Origin: a virus
IMG/VR virus record: IMGVR_UViG_3300009166_000001
Coordinates: 31,064-95,063 of that record
DNA: 64,000 nucleotides
Direction: 5' to 3' (one strand)
This document shows, piece after piece, positions 28,533-37,311 of the stretch (the stretch's first letter is position 1; every line of letters begins with the position of its first letter). Under the pieces are notes generated by a model. It had not been told where the DNA came from. It made no database searches and saw only the letters and a program-made list of their open reading frames with translations. Made by a program: the position numbers and the translations under genes.

Positions 28533-29083
28533 TTCTTCGGGGCCACGGTGATTCCGTGCTTCGCCAGAACCTCCGGTGGAAGTCCAGCCAGCATCGGAGC
28601 GACCTTCTCCATCTGCCCCGCCACCAGTCCCGCGATCTGCTGCGCTATTCCCGGACCACCCGGCTCGACGGAGAGCAGTCCCTTGTCCACCATCTTCTTC
28701 TTCCAGGTCCGGACGACCCGGTTGTACGCCTTCGCCATGTCGGCAGCCGATCCCAGGGTCCACAGTTCCCCGGTCTGCGACATCTCGTCTACCGCCTCGA
28801 ACCATGCCGCTTGGCTCCCCGGATACGGCACCCACGTCTCCGGCGAGTCGTTGATCATGGTCATCGCCACCCACTTCGGAGGCGCGAAGAACTCCTTCGC
28901 ATCGATCACACCCAGCTTGGCCAACTTCGCCAGACCCACCTGCCCGATCTTCTTGTAGGCGGCGGCCAGTTCGGCCTCCGCGAGCGTGAGGGGCTTCGTG
29001 GACAGAGCATCGGCCCGTCCAAGCTCCTCCCCCAATGTCTCGCGCATCTTGGCAATGATGTCCTGTACGCTTCTCTCTGCCAC
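28529..29083 (-). CDS. Hypothetical protein
   Basis: 184 aa, GGAGGTG RBS, tiles the operon. Confidence 0.7.
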   Translation of the reverse strand: MAERSVQDIIAKMRETLGEELGRADALSTKPLTLAEAELAAAYKKIGQVGLAKLAKLGVIDAKEFFAPPKWVAMTMINDSPETWVPYPGSQAAWFEAVDEMSQTGELWTLGSAADMAKAYNRVVRTWKKKMVDKGLLSVEPGGPGIAQQIAGLVAGQMEKVAPMLAGLPPEVLAKHGITVAPKK

Positions 29084-29084
29084 G

Positions 29085-29516
29085 TCACACCTCCGCTACC
29101 CTCTCCACGAGGGGGCGATCTTTCTTCGGATCGAACTTACGCATCGACATGAGCCATTGCTCGTGATCCGTGCATACCCCGATCAGTTCCGACGAATCTC
29201 CCACCCGCACCCCGGCAATCGCCTCTACCCCGCAGACGAAGCAGATCGACGGGAACGTATTCCGTGACAATGGCCCCTGGTACTCAGGAAACGTCATCCC
29301 GGAGATCGGGCCACCACATCGCTTGCCCTCGTTCAAGGACACGCACTGTGCCTGCCCCGCCTCGATGCCACGCCAGAACTTCGTGCAGTTGGCGCAGACA
29401 TACGACACGCCCCTGCTCCGGGCGTGGCGGATCATCTCTGCGGTAATCGTGACTTGCTTCGTCGCGTCCGCGAACTCATGCCCCAGACGCTCCGCTATCT
29501 TCGAACGATCAGTCAC
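29085..29516 (-). CDS. Cys-rich zinc-finger-like protein
   Basis: Start moved to GTG 29516; CANC, C..C, CFVC, CxxH. Confidence 0.65.
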   Translation of the reverse strand: MTDRSKIAERLGHEFADATKQVTITAEMIRHARSRGVSYVCANCTKFWRGIEAGQAQCVSLNEGKRCGGPISGMTFPEYQGPLSRNTFPSICFVCGVEAIAGVRVGDSSELIGVCTDHEQWLMSMRKFDPKKDRPLVERVAEV

Positions 29517-29839
29517 TCCGTCACCGGATGGAACAGATAGCTGTCGGTCGGGTACTCCTGCTCCTGCGTCGAGAGATTGGGGCGTAGATCCCTCACCTTG
29601 ATCGTGTAGCCCTTCCCCGTCCCCTCTTTCCCCGGCTCCGCGAAGTTCACTTCCGTCACGACGCCGATGGCAACAGGAGGATTCCCGTTCTTGGGCCTCA
29701 CGATCACCCTGGCTCCGACAGGAACCTCGGAGTCCATGATCGCCTTGTACGATGCCCCCAGCAGGTCCCTCGCAATCCACAGGATCGCGTCCCAGTAGTT
29801 CGGGGGCTCGTGGCTTCCTGGTGTGTCGAGTGCGCTCAT
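29513..29839 (-). CDS. Hypothetical protein (SH3-like beta barrel?)
   Basis: 108 aa, AGGAGG RBS, TAATG coupling. Confidence 0.65.
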   Translation of the reverse strand: MSALDTPGSHEPPNYWDAILWIARDLLGASYKAIMDSEVPVGARVIVRPKNGNPPVAIGVVTEVNFAEPGKEGTGKGYTIKVRDLRPNLSTQEQEYPTDSYLFHPVTE

Positions 29840-30351
29840 TAGTCGATCCTCCTACCGCTCCAGCACGTTTCCCCGTCGCCTACGATAGTGCTCGGGTCGT
29901 TGTGTGTCACGAACTTGCACTCCAACCTGAATATCACGAATGCCCGTCCCTGGGGGAGTCGTCCTTCATCATGCACGTTCTGGATATCAAAGTACAACGG
30001 ACCCGGCAAGCGTTCAAGTAGGAACGAGATTACGTCCCCCGTCTTCGGAAATCCGAACCCTACCCTCTCGCACTCCAACCTCGTGACGTACAGTTCCACG
30101 TCCCGCGTGGCTTCGAGGCCCTGGTCCGGATCCATCGTCAAGGACTTCGCCGTCGAACTATCGCATGTCACCACGACTTCGTAGGGACCGACGTATTTCT
30201 CCTGAAGGAAGTCCGTGTGGTCCGGATCTACCGCTGCCCCTGGACGTAGTTTCCAGAGCCTCCCCTGCACGCGCACGAGGTTCGGTAGGTCGTTGGCAAT
30301 GAGATCGAACATCCCAAGCTCGATCTCGTCATCGAACATCCCCTCGCCCAT
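29839..30351 (-). CDS. Head closure / neck protein (gp14-like)
   Basis: Start moved to ATG 30351; FPKTGDVISF...YFDIQNV motif; follows the neck adaptor. Confidence 0.6.
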   Translation of the reverse strand: MGEGMFDDEIELGMFDLIANDLPNLVRVQGRLWKLRPGAAVDPDHTDFLQEKYVGPYEVVVTCDSSTAKSLTMDPDQGLEATRDVELYVTRLECERVGFGFPKTGDVISFLLERLPGPLYFDIQNVHDEGRLPQGRAFVIFRLECKFVTHNDPSTIVGDGETCWSGRRID

Positions 30352-30716
30352 CAGAGTACCCGCAGAGTGCCTGATTCCAGCAGGCCCTTCTTCTGCGAAC
30401 AGGTGACGCACAGCGCGTAAGCATTCGCTTCCGCGTCCCGTCCCCCGAACTGCTTTTTCACGACTTCGATCATCTCACGTACCTGCGGCGCTACTCGCTG
30501 CTCCAGGAGAGCCTGCTTCAAGGCCGCATCGGCCCTACGCAAGAACGACAACAGGACCCCCACCGCCACATCCTCCCTCACCGGCTTCCACTCCCCCTCG
30601 TCCTGCACATGGACCCGGTACTCCCATTCCCCTACCTGGATTCCACGCCCGGTAGGCTCCACGGATCCATCGATCACGAACTTCCTACCCCAGAGATTCC
30701 AGACGTGCGACTTCAC
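30351..30716 (-). CDS. Hypothetical protein
   Basis: 121 aa tiling ORF. Confidence 0.6.
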   Translation of the reverse strand: MKSHVWNLWGRKFVIDGSVEPTGRGIQVGEWEYRVHVQDEGEWKPVREDVAVGVLLSFLRRADAALKQALLEQRVAPQVREMIEVVKKQFGGRDAEANAYALCVTCSQKKGLLESGTLRVL

Positions 30717-30720
30717 GGCC

Positions 30721-31455
30721 CTACCCTACCATGAATCCACAGGGACGAGAGCGACCCATGATCTCCTCGTCCGTCGTTGCCTTCTCCTCGTTCCCCTCCA
30801 TGACCAGTGCATCGCCGTCCATCTGAACCTCTCCACCCGGCCCTGGCCATGAGGCATACTTCCGACGCATCATTCCAATCGTGATCTTCGATTCCGCCTG
30901 GAACCTCCGGAATACGAGATCCTGGTCCAGCAGTTCCACATCCTTGAAGTCCAGCCGACTCGATAGGTAGAACGCAGCCACCCTCGCTGGATTCAGGTTC
31001 CCCGGATAGACCCGCAGCAGCCTCAGAAGCCTGTCGTACTCCCACGTAACGTCTGCCGACAGGATCCTCTGCCCCATCTCCACGTCCTGTAGGATCTGAA
31101 GCACGTAGGAGTAGTCCCCCCGGAAGATTGCGACCGGCAACGGATCGTAGATGATGGAGTACCCCACCCCGCCGCTGTAGATGTCGTACAACTCGTCAGC
31201 CAGCGGGGTTGCGATTACCTCCAGAACCACATCGCAGTCCTCTGGCATCGGGAACTGGTTATTGCCCGTAGAGTCGGACCAGTGGAGTCTCTTGGGAGCC
31301 TTGAACGCTCCGTACCAGACCAGCACCCGTCGCATGATCGCGGTGCGTTGCTCCGGCGTCAGTTCGATCTTGATCCGTCCCTCGCCCAACAGGGCAAGGG
31401 CATCGGCCATCATCTCATCGAAGGATGTCCAGCCTATCGAATTCAGGCCCGGCAT
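30721..31455 (-). CDS. Neck protein / head-tail adaptor (gp13-like)
   Basis: LLGEGRIKIELTPEQ...IGMMRRKYASWPGPGGEVQMDGDALVMEG matches T4 gp13-type motifs. Confidence 0.85.
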   Translation of the reverse strand: MPGLNSIGWTSFDEMMADALALLGEGRIKIELTPEQRTAIMRRVLVWYGAFKAPKRLHWSDSTGNNQFPMPEDCDVVLEVIATPLADELYDIYSGGVGYSIIYDPLPVAIFRGDYSYVLQILQDVEMGQRILSADVTWEYDRLLRLLRVYPGNLNPARVAAFYLSSRLDFKDVELLDQDLVFRRFQAESKITIGMMRRKYASWPGPGGEVQMDGDALVMEGNEEKATTDEEIMGRSRPCGFMVG

Positions 31456-31458
31456 CGA

Positions 31459-31899
31459 CTACCTGCCGCGCTTCCGGAGCTTGCCCTTCTTCTCGCGTGG
31501 CTTCTCTGGTTCCGGTTCCGGAGCAGCTTCCGGCGGCTCCGTCTCTGGCTCCTGTGCTGATGGCACCTCCGGTTCGGGGGGAGGTGGAGGCGGCATTGGG
31601 GCTTCGACGTGCTTCTTCTCCATCGTCGCCTTCAGATCGATGCCGACACCCTTGACCATGACGGGCGGGATCTCCGGTCGTGCGTATTCTCGTCTCACCA
31701 CCGGGTCTACCGGCGGGACAGGAATCGACTGGACCACGGCTGAAGGTACTTCCACCAGGACGGACGGACACCACTTGGCGAACTCGTCCCCCTCGTAGAT
31801 CCTTCCCTCCTCACACTTGACCGTGACGACCTTCCCCTCACGTTCCACGGTGACATTGCAGGTCTTCGGACCCTGCTTCAGCTTCCACTTTCTTGCCAT
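31459..31899 (-). CDS. Hypothetical Pro-rich protein, first gene of the neck/tail operon
   Basis: 146 aa, GGGAG RBS. Confidence 0.65.
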   Translation of the reverse strand: MARKWKLKQGPKTCNVTVEREGKVVTVKCEEGRIYEGDEFAKWCPSVLVEVPSAVVQSIPVPPVDPVVRREYARPEIPPVMVKGVGIDLKATMEKKHVEAPMPPPPPPEPEVPSAQEPETEPPEAAPEPEPEKPREKKGKLRKRGR

Positions 31900-31922
31900 G
31901 TTGTTCTCCCGGATTCCTTTGT

Positions 31923-31952
31923 AGCATACCGTTCCCCTGCAATCAATTGCAA
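31923..31952 (-). promoter_or_regulatory. Candidate promoter of the neck/tail operon
   Basis: TTGCAA (part of motif copy 6)-18bp-TATGCT upstream of ATG 31899. Confidence 0.45.
31938..31951. repeat. Dispersed 14-bp motif, copy 6
   Basis: Exact; in the divergent intergenic region, 6 bp from a TTGACA. Confidence 0.9.
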
Positions 31953-31957
31953 GGTGC

Positions 31958-31985
31958 TTGACAAAATCGTCCGTCCTGTTATATT
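31958..31985 (+). promoter_or_regulatory. Early-type sigma70 promoter
   Basis: TTGACA-16bp(ending TGT)-TATATT, then ACGGAGGCAA RBS. Confidence 0.85.
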
Positions 31986-32003
31986 CATGGCAACGGAGGC
32001 AAC

Positions 32004-33161
32004 ATGAAGGTCACAGCAAAAGAACTCGTCAACACTCTCTCCCGTGCCGTGAAGGACGAGGCGAAAAACATGGGCATCGTCGTCACGGACGAGAACGGCA
32101 CATGGCTCCACATAGACACCTGCTCCGACTCGTTCCACTATACCCGATACACGCTGGCAGGACGGGATACTGACCACGGCATCATCCAGTGCCGCTTCAA
32201 CGAGTACAAGAAGCTCCTCGCATGGATGAAGGCACTGAAGGTGTCCTGTCAGGATCAGATCGAGGTGCTGGTAGAGCAGGACAAGTCGGTCGGATTCTCC
32301 CTTCGCGGCAAGAAGCTGACCGTCAAGTCCTTCGGGATGGTCCAGGACTACCCCGTGGCCCCGAACCTTCGGATGCCTCCCTTCGAGAAGTGCGTGCTCC
32401 AGGGCATGACCTATGCGGACGTAGCCAAGTGGGGCAAGTCCCTCCTCGCCTGTGCATCCGATGATTCGACCCGGCCCTACATCTACGGCATCGGCTTCCG
32501 CAAGGACGTGCTGATGGCAACAGACGGCCATCGCCTCTCCCTGCTGGATCTCCCCACCATCGGGGTCCGGGGAATCGACAACGATCAGGATGCGTTCATG
32601 ATCCCCACCCCGGCCTTCGAGCGGCTGATCGAGGAAGCTGCCCTCTTGACGGACAAGCTGCTCCCCACGTGCAACATCTACATGTCTGCCACAACCGATC
32701 CGAAGGTCACGACGGAGAAGTATCTCTTCGTCCAGTGCGGAAACGCCTCCCGGTACATCCGGCTCGATGCCGCTGTCCAGCCGCCGCCCTACGACTTCCT
32801 ACTCTCCTTGTCCAAGAACATCGTGTTCACCCCGGACAAGGCATCCGACATCGTAGATGCCTGCAAGGAGGTCAAGGCCATCCTCAACAGTGTAGAACCC
32901 GGCATCCACATGGGGATCTCCCCCTCCGGCATCCTCGTAACCTACGAGACCATCGATCTCTCTACCGAGAACAGCGTGGCGGGCGAATGGACCGGCAACG
33001 AGTCGCTGTCCTGGATCCCCAAGATCAACGTCGCCTACCTCCAGGATGCCGTGGCGCAGTTCGAGCGCCCGTCCATCTCCTTCACGGACAAGACATCCTG
33101 CATCGTTGTCCAGGAGAAAGACAATCCCCTCTGTACCTACATCATGCCCATGCGTCCGTGA
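32004..33161 (+). CDS. dnaN: DNA polymerase III beta-clamp homologue
   Basis: 385 aa; ASDDSTRPYIYGI...MATDGHRL and INVAYLQDAV...YIMPMR motifs of DnaN. Confidence 0.8.
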   Translation: MKVTAKELVNTLSRAVKDEAKNMGIVVTDENGTWLHIDTCSDSFHYTRYTLAGRDTDHGIIQCRFNEYKKLLAWMKALKVSCQDQIEVLVEQDKSVGFSLRGKKLTVKSFGMVQDYPVAPNLRMPPFEKCVLQGMTYADVAKWGKSLLACASDDSTRPYIYGIGFRKDVLMATDGHRLSLLDLPTIGVRGIDNDQDAFMIPTPAFERLIEEAALLTDKLLPTCNIYMSATTDPKVTTEKYLFVQCGNASRYIRLDAAVQPPPYDFLLSLSKNIVFTPDKASDIVDACKEVKAILNSVEPGIHMGISPSGILVTYETIDLSTENSVAGEWTGNESLSWIPKINVAYLQDAVAQFERPSISFTDKTSCIVVQEKDNPLCTYIMPMRP

Positions 33162-33203
33162 TTCAGCCACAATACCAATAGGTTACACCGTACACCTTCC
33201 CTC

Positions 33204-33231
33204 TTGACAAAATCGTCTATCGTGTTATAGT
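33204..33231 (+). promoter_or_regulatory. Early-type sigma70 promoter
   Basis: TTGACA-16bp-TATAGT, then ACGGAGGCAA RBS. Confidence 0.85.
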
Positions 33232-33255
33232 TACCTATAGACGGAGGCAAGAACC

Positions 33256-33630
33256 ATGGACAACAAGATCAAGATCCTCTGGCCCGATGGACCCCGGATG
33301 GTCGATCCCGAGTACGTGATCGACGCCGCCCACGACTCGCTCTGCGATGACTGGCTGGCCAGCAAGGATCCGGAGACGGACGATCTCCCAGAGGACCTCG
33401 AAACGGTGGTCCCAAAGCCTTCCCTGGAGGAAGCCATCGAGATCGTCAACGACCGTGGCATCCTCACCACCTGCTTCGATTCCCCGGAGGATCGTGAAGC
33501 TAACGATCCCAACTACGAGCCCGACTACGGCCCGGACGAGTCGATGGACGGGGATCACCAGTCAGCCCTTGCCTCCTGCGGCATGGGCACGGACGAGGAC
33601 TACGGCTCCTACGGTGGGGAGGACTACTGA
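33256..33630 (+). CDS. Highly acidic small protein
   Basis: 124 aa, about 35 D/E versus 7 K/R; own promoter and RBS. Confidence 0.75.
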   Translation: MDNKIKILWPDGPRMVDPEYVIDAAHDSLCDDWLASKDPETDDLPEDLETVVPKPSLEEAIEIVNDRGILTTCFDSPEDREANDPNYEPDYGPDESMDGDHQSALASCGMGTDEDYGSYGGEDY

Positions 33631-33962
33631 TGTCGCGCATCATCGCCAAGATCCCGAACCCGGATCCGACCCCCCTCCAATGCCATGCCGCGGTCTGGCA
33701 TAAATGGAGTCATCGCCGTTGCACCCGCACTGGCACGGTGGTCGAAGTAGTGGATGGTGTGGAGCGACGGTTCTGCACCGCTCACTCCAGCGCCAAGATC
33801 CAGCAGCGCAGCGCCGAGCAAACCGCACGATGGAAAGCCCAGAATCGAGAATGGGCCAAGCAATCCATCCTCGCGGAGATAGCAAGAGCGGTCCTACGGG
33901 CCGATCCCTCCTCTCTCCCAGAGGAGATCCGCAAGCTCCGAGAGAAGTACGAGGAGACATAA
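33630..33962 (+). CDS. Hypothetical protein with C3H zinc motif
   Basis: 110 aa; QCHA...RRCTR...FCTAH; TGATG coupling. Confidence 0.65.
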   Translation: MSRIIAKIPNPDPTPLQCHAAVWHKWSHRRCTRTGTVVEVVDGVERRFCTAHSSAKIQQRSAEQTARWKAQNREWAKQSILAEIARAVLRADPSSLPEEIRKLREKYEET

Positions 33963-33964
33963 CC

Positions 33965-34228
33965 ATGCCAAGGAAGTACAAGAAGCCCCCCGCCGCAAAC
34001 TATCTGACCGAGATCCTCGATCCTATCAAGACCGGCGAGAAGTGCGAGCACAAGGAGCCGGGTGGAGGCATGTGGCTTGTCTCGTGGGGAGGCAAGCTCT
34101 ATCGCTTCGAGTACAGCACTCAGATGCAGAAGGACTGCTGGCTCTCCTCGACCAAGAATCGCCACCAGGAAGCCCTGGATTCCCTCCGCTGGTTCTGCTT
34201 CAAGTGCGGCACGGTACAGATGCCATGA
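33965..34228 (+). CDS. Hypothetical protein
   Basis: Start moved to ATG 33965 (GAGGAG RBS); C-terminal CFKC. Confidence 0.6.
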   Translation: MPRKYKKPPAANYLTEILDPIKTGEKCEHKEPGGGMWLVSWGGKLYRFEYSTQMQKDCWLSSTKNRHQEALDSLRWFCFKCGTVQMP

Positions 34229-35079
34229 AGCAAGCCTACGAATCGAAGAAGTTCTCTCCAGAGCACCTGGAGATCATCGTCCGGACGACTCGCATCCTGG
34301 AATCCTTCAAGATCAAGATGACCGTGCGTCAGGCTTACTACCAACTCGTGAGTGCCGACGTGATCCCGAACAACGTCAAGTCCTACAAGCGCATCGTAGG
34401 CATCATCCGTGACGCCCGCATGTGCGGCCTCCTGGACTGGGACTGGATCGAGGATCGCCTCCGTGAGCCCCGCATTCCTGCCTCCTGGTCCTCCATCCAG
34501 GAGATCGTGTCCATCGCCACGAAGCAGTTCTGCCTGGACCGTTGGGCCGAGCAGCCCACCTACATCGAGGTCTGGCTGGAGAAGGACGCCCTGGCAGGCA
34601 TCGTGGGCACCGTCACTCAGCAGTGGAAGGTCCCCCTCCAGGTCAACCGCGGCTACTCCTCCGTGGTCGCCATGCGCGAGGCAGCCCACCGCTTCCTTCG
34701 CGCCTCAGATGAAGGGAAGGAGTGCATCATCGGCTACTTCGGAGATCACGACCCATCCGGGGAGGACATGGTGCGTGACATCCGGGATCGCCTCTCCACC
34801 TTCCACGCCGATCTCACGGTCAAGAAGCTGGCAATCCTCCAGGACGACATCCAGGAGTACAACCTCCCCCCGCAGCCCGTGAAGGACACAGACGCCCGCG
34901 CCGCCAGTTTCCGCATGGCCCACGGTGACGACTGCGTGGAACTCGATGCTCTTCGTCCCGACGTTCTCTCTGGCCGTGTCCAAGACTTCATCTCCGACCA
35001 CCTGGACATGGATCTCTGGAATCAGGTAAGGGAAGAGGAACGTAGACAGCGCGAAAGCGTGCGAGTGGAAACCGATTGA
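34225..35079 (+). CDS. Topoisomerase VI-A/Spo11-like winged helix + Toprim protein (DUF2399-like)
   Basis: Start moved to ATG 34225; TVRQAYYQLV, EVWLEKDAL, NRGYSS, GDHDPSG, ELDAL. Confidence 0.8.
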   Translation: MKQAYESKKFSPEHLEIIVRTTRILESFKIKMTVRQAYYQLVSADVIPNNVKSYKRIVGIIRDARMCGLLDWDWIEDRLREPRIPASWSSIQEIVSIATKQFCLDRWAEQPTYIEVWLEKDALAGIVGTVTQQWKVPLQVNRGYSSVVAMREAAHRFLRASDEGKECIIGYFGDHDPSGEDMVRDIRDRLSTFHADLTVKKLAILQDDIQEYNLPPQPVKDTDARAASFRMAHGDDCVELDALRPDVLSGRVQDFISDHLDMDLWNQVREEERRQRESVRVETD

Positions 35080-35783
35080 AACGTCCCTCCGAAACCGAGG
35101 TAGCTGCTCCCATCGTCACGTACCTCCAGGAGCACCACTGGGAAGTCTTCCAGGAGGTTCGCTTCGGTGGTCCCGGCGAGCCCGTTGCCGACATCGTGGG
35201 GAGGCTTCAATCTCCCTCTGGCCTGACCCTGATCTGGGTCATCGAAGCCAAGACCTCGCTGAACATCGATCTGCTCTCGCAGGCTGTCGCCTGGATCCGC
35301 CATGCCAACTTCGTGTCCATCGTCACCCCCAATGTCCGGCAGAGCTACCGCGCCCGTGACCTGATCGAGTGGATCCTCTCCTACCACGGGATCGGGAGAT
35401 TCACCTATGGGCAGTACGGATCCACCCACGAGGCCATTCCCACCTCTCTCCACCGACTCCCCAAGAAGACCATCCAGCGGTGGGACAAGTACCTCGCCGT
35501 GGCCCGCAAAGGAACGGCACCCGCCGGGAGCGCCCATGGGGGCTACGGGACTCCCTTCAAGGAGACCTGTCGGCACCTCCTCCACTACGTCACCTACCAT
35601 CCCGGCTGCGGGCTCAAAGAAGCCATCGAGGCAATCCCCCACCACTACAGTAGGCACTCCACAGCCGTCTCCTCCATCCGTCACTGGCTCTATGCCCACA
35701 AGATCCCCGGCGTTAAGATCGAGTTCGAGAAGGGCAAGATCCGACTCTTTCCCGCTGCCGTGCAATCAATTGCAACCCCCTAG
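35076..35783 (+). CDS. PD-(D/E)XK nuclease-like protein (MmcB/DUF2161-like)
   Basis: EVFQEV...ADIVG...WVIEAKTSL...LLSQA. Confidence 0.7.
   Translation: MKRPSETEVAAPIVTYLQEHHWEVFQEVRFGGPGEPVADIVGRLQSPSGLTLIWVIEAKTSLNIDLLSQAVAWIRHANFVSIVTPNVRQSYRARDLIEWILSYHGIGRFTYGQYGSTHEAIPTSLHRLPKKTIQRWDKYLAVARKGTAPAGSAHGGYGTPFKETCRHLLHYVTYHPGCGLKEAIEAIPHHYSRHSTAVSSIRHWLYAHKIPGVKIEFEKGKIRLFPAAVQSIATP
35761..35774. repeat. Dispersed 14-bp motif, copy 7
   Basis: Exact; in the last codons of the nuclease gene (VQSIA). Confidence 0.9.
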
Positions 35784-35925
35784 AACATAACAGGGATCCG
35801 ACTCCCGGAAGTCCACGCGCCTATTCAGGGGGAATGACGGCAGCAATGGTGCTGCCTCCCTTCCTCCCATCCTGTCAGAATTCCCCTAACCCGCTCGTCT
35901 TTGTCAACGAGCAAGGAGGACCACC

Positions 35926-36639
35926 ATGTCGAAGCCCATCACTCGCGCCGATCATTCCCCCTCGTCCCTGAATGGAGCCGCGCTCGACTTCGCCATCGCC
36001 TGCGGTGCTGAACTGCGCCACGCCTCCCGCGTGACCGCCACCATCGACGCCGCCCACGGCCTGCTCCACGACCACGGCCTCGACGACGGCCACCCGCTCG
36101 TCCTCGCCGCACTCATCGCAGCCGACCTCCACCAGTCCGGTGGCCCGATGGATCTCGGCGGCCCGAACGGCGGCACCGACCGCATCCTTTGCACTCTGGG
36201 CAAGGGCCGCTTCCAGGCCAGCGACGGCAGCGCCTACCGCGCCGCTGGCATCCAGGCAGTGCTGCAACTGTGCTACCAGCACGCCACTGACGCTGCCCTG
36301 GACATCCGTTGCCTCGATGCCTCCTACGCCTCGTTCATGGTGCTGCCGGGCTCCGATGTCTTGTGCTTTGGCATTGATTCCCGCGGCGACGACGGAGGAG
36401 CCTACGTCCCCGTCCCGATGCAGGACACGGATCTGCTCGACCGCTGCCTCTGCATCCTCCGTGCAGGCATCCACGTGCTCGTCCCTCATGGCGACTACGA
36501 CCCGCATGTGCCCTACGCCTGCCGCGGCGACCTTGCCGATCTCGGCCGCGCCTACAATCGCCTCTCCGCGATCCGCCAGCAGCAGACCGACGCAACAGCC
36601 AGCCTTGGCACTAATGCCCTAGATGGAGGTGGCCAGTAA
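35926..36639 (+). CDS. Hypothetical protein
   Basis: 237 aa, AAGGAGG RBS; more GC/GCC-rich than neighbours. Confidence 0.6.
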   Translation: MSKPITRADHSPSSLNGAALDFAIACGAELRHASRVTATIDAAHGLLHDHGLDDGHPLVLAALIAADLHQSGGPMDLGGPNGGTDRILCTLGKGRFQASDGSAYRAAGIQAVLQLCYQHATDAALDIRCLDASYASFMVLPGSDVLCFGIDSRGDDGGAYVPVPMQDTDLLDRCLCILRAGIHVLVPHGDYDPHVPYACRGDLADLGRAYNRLSAIRQQQTDATASLGTNALDGGGQ

Positions 36640-36772
36640 AGTACAAGATCACAGCTATGGTCAGGATAAGAGCAGCGGGGGACCAACCCCAGTACCCCCA
36701 CCTACGGTGTCCCCATCCTCCTCCTCCAAGAGCCAGCATGAAAATCACTATCAGCAGTATGGTAAGCCACAT
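36611..36772 (-). CDS. Small two-TM membrane protein, DUF3309-like; not in the ORF track
   Basis: GAGGAGG RBS; MWLTILLIVIFMLALGGGGWGHRRWGYWGWSPAALILTIAVILYFTGHLHLGH (53 aa). Confidence 0.7.
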   Translation of the reverse strand: MWLTILLIVIFMLALGGGGWGHRRWGYWGWSPAALILTIAVILYFTGHLHLGH

Positions 36773-36927
36773 GTGGGCCTCCTCGTTGGGTAGGTCTGTC
36801 GCACTTTTCAGGCCAGCAGCAGATCGCCCAAATACGCTTAGTTACGACGCACAGGAACAGTCCCCCAATCAATACGAGGGATCCCATTCTCTCACATTGA
36901 CGTAGATACCACGCCCGATTCCCCCTC

Positions 36928-36955
36928 TTGACAAAATCGTTACGCCTGTTATATT
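36928..36955 (+). promoter_or_regulatory. Early-type sigma70 promoter
   Basis: TTGACA-16bp-TATATT, then ACGGAGGCAA RBS. Confidence 0.85.
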
Positions 36956-36979
36956 CATGGACAGACGGAGGCAAGAGCC

Positions 36980-37309
36980 ATGATGAACAGGGACGAAATC
37001 AAGGTCGGACAGAAGGTGTACTTCGGCAGGGCGAACGGTGAGAAGACGCTGGGCACCGTACTGAAGGTCAACCGTGCGAAGTGCAAGATCAGGCAGGAGG
37101 AGCAGAGGGGCATCTACCGCGACTACCGAGTCGGAACGGTCTGGGGAGTCCCCTTCAACCTCATGTGGACGGAGGATGATCGTCCCGACTACGTGACCAA
37201 GAGGCGTCCCTGTCTGGTGAACATCGTCACCGGAGAGAGGCACTACGGCCACCCCGGAGAGGATCCCGAGATGATCTTCGAGCGGCTGGCAAACGGAATG
37301 GAGAACTGA
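36980..37309 (+). CDS. Hypothetical SH3-like protein
   Basis: 109 aa; IKVGQKVYF...GTVLKVN...W.VPF pattern. Confidence 0.7.
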   Translation: MMNRDEIKVGQKVYFGRANGEKTLGTVLKVNRAKCKIRQEEQRGIYRDYRVGTVWGVPFNLMWTEDDRPDYVTKRRPCLVNIVTGERHYGHPGEDPEMIFERLANGMEN

Positions 37310-37311
37310 CG

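Noticed and set aside
35880-35907. Minus-strand TTGACA at 35907-35902
   Set aside because: No -10 box at 16-18 bp; probably part of a hairpin or a decayed promoter.
35839-35925. Fluoride-riboswitch-like GCAATGGTGCTGCC
   Set aside because: Downstream conserved 3' element not present; kept only as a generic structured leader.
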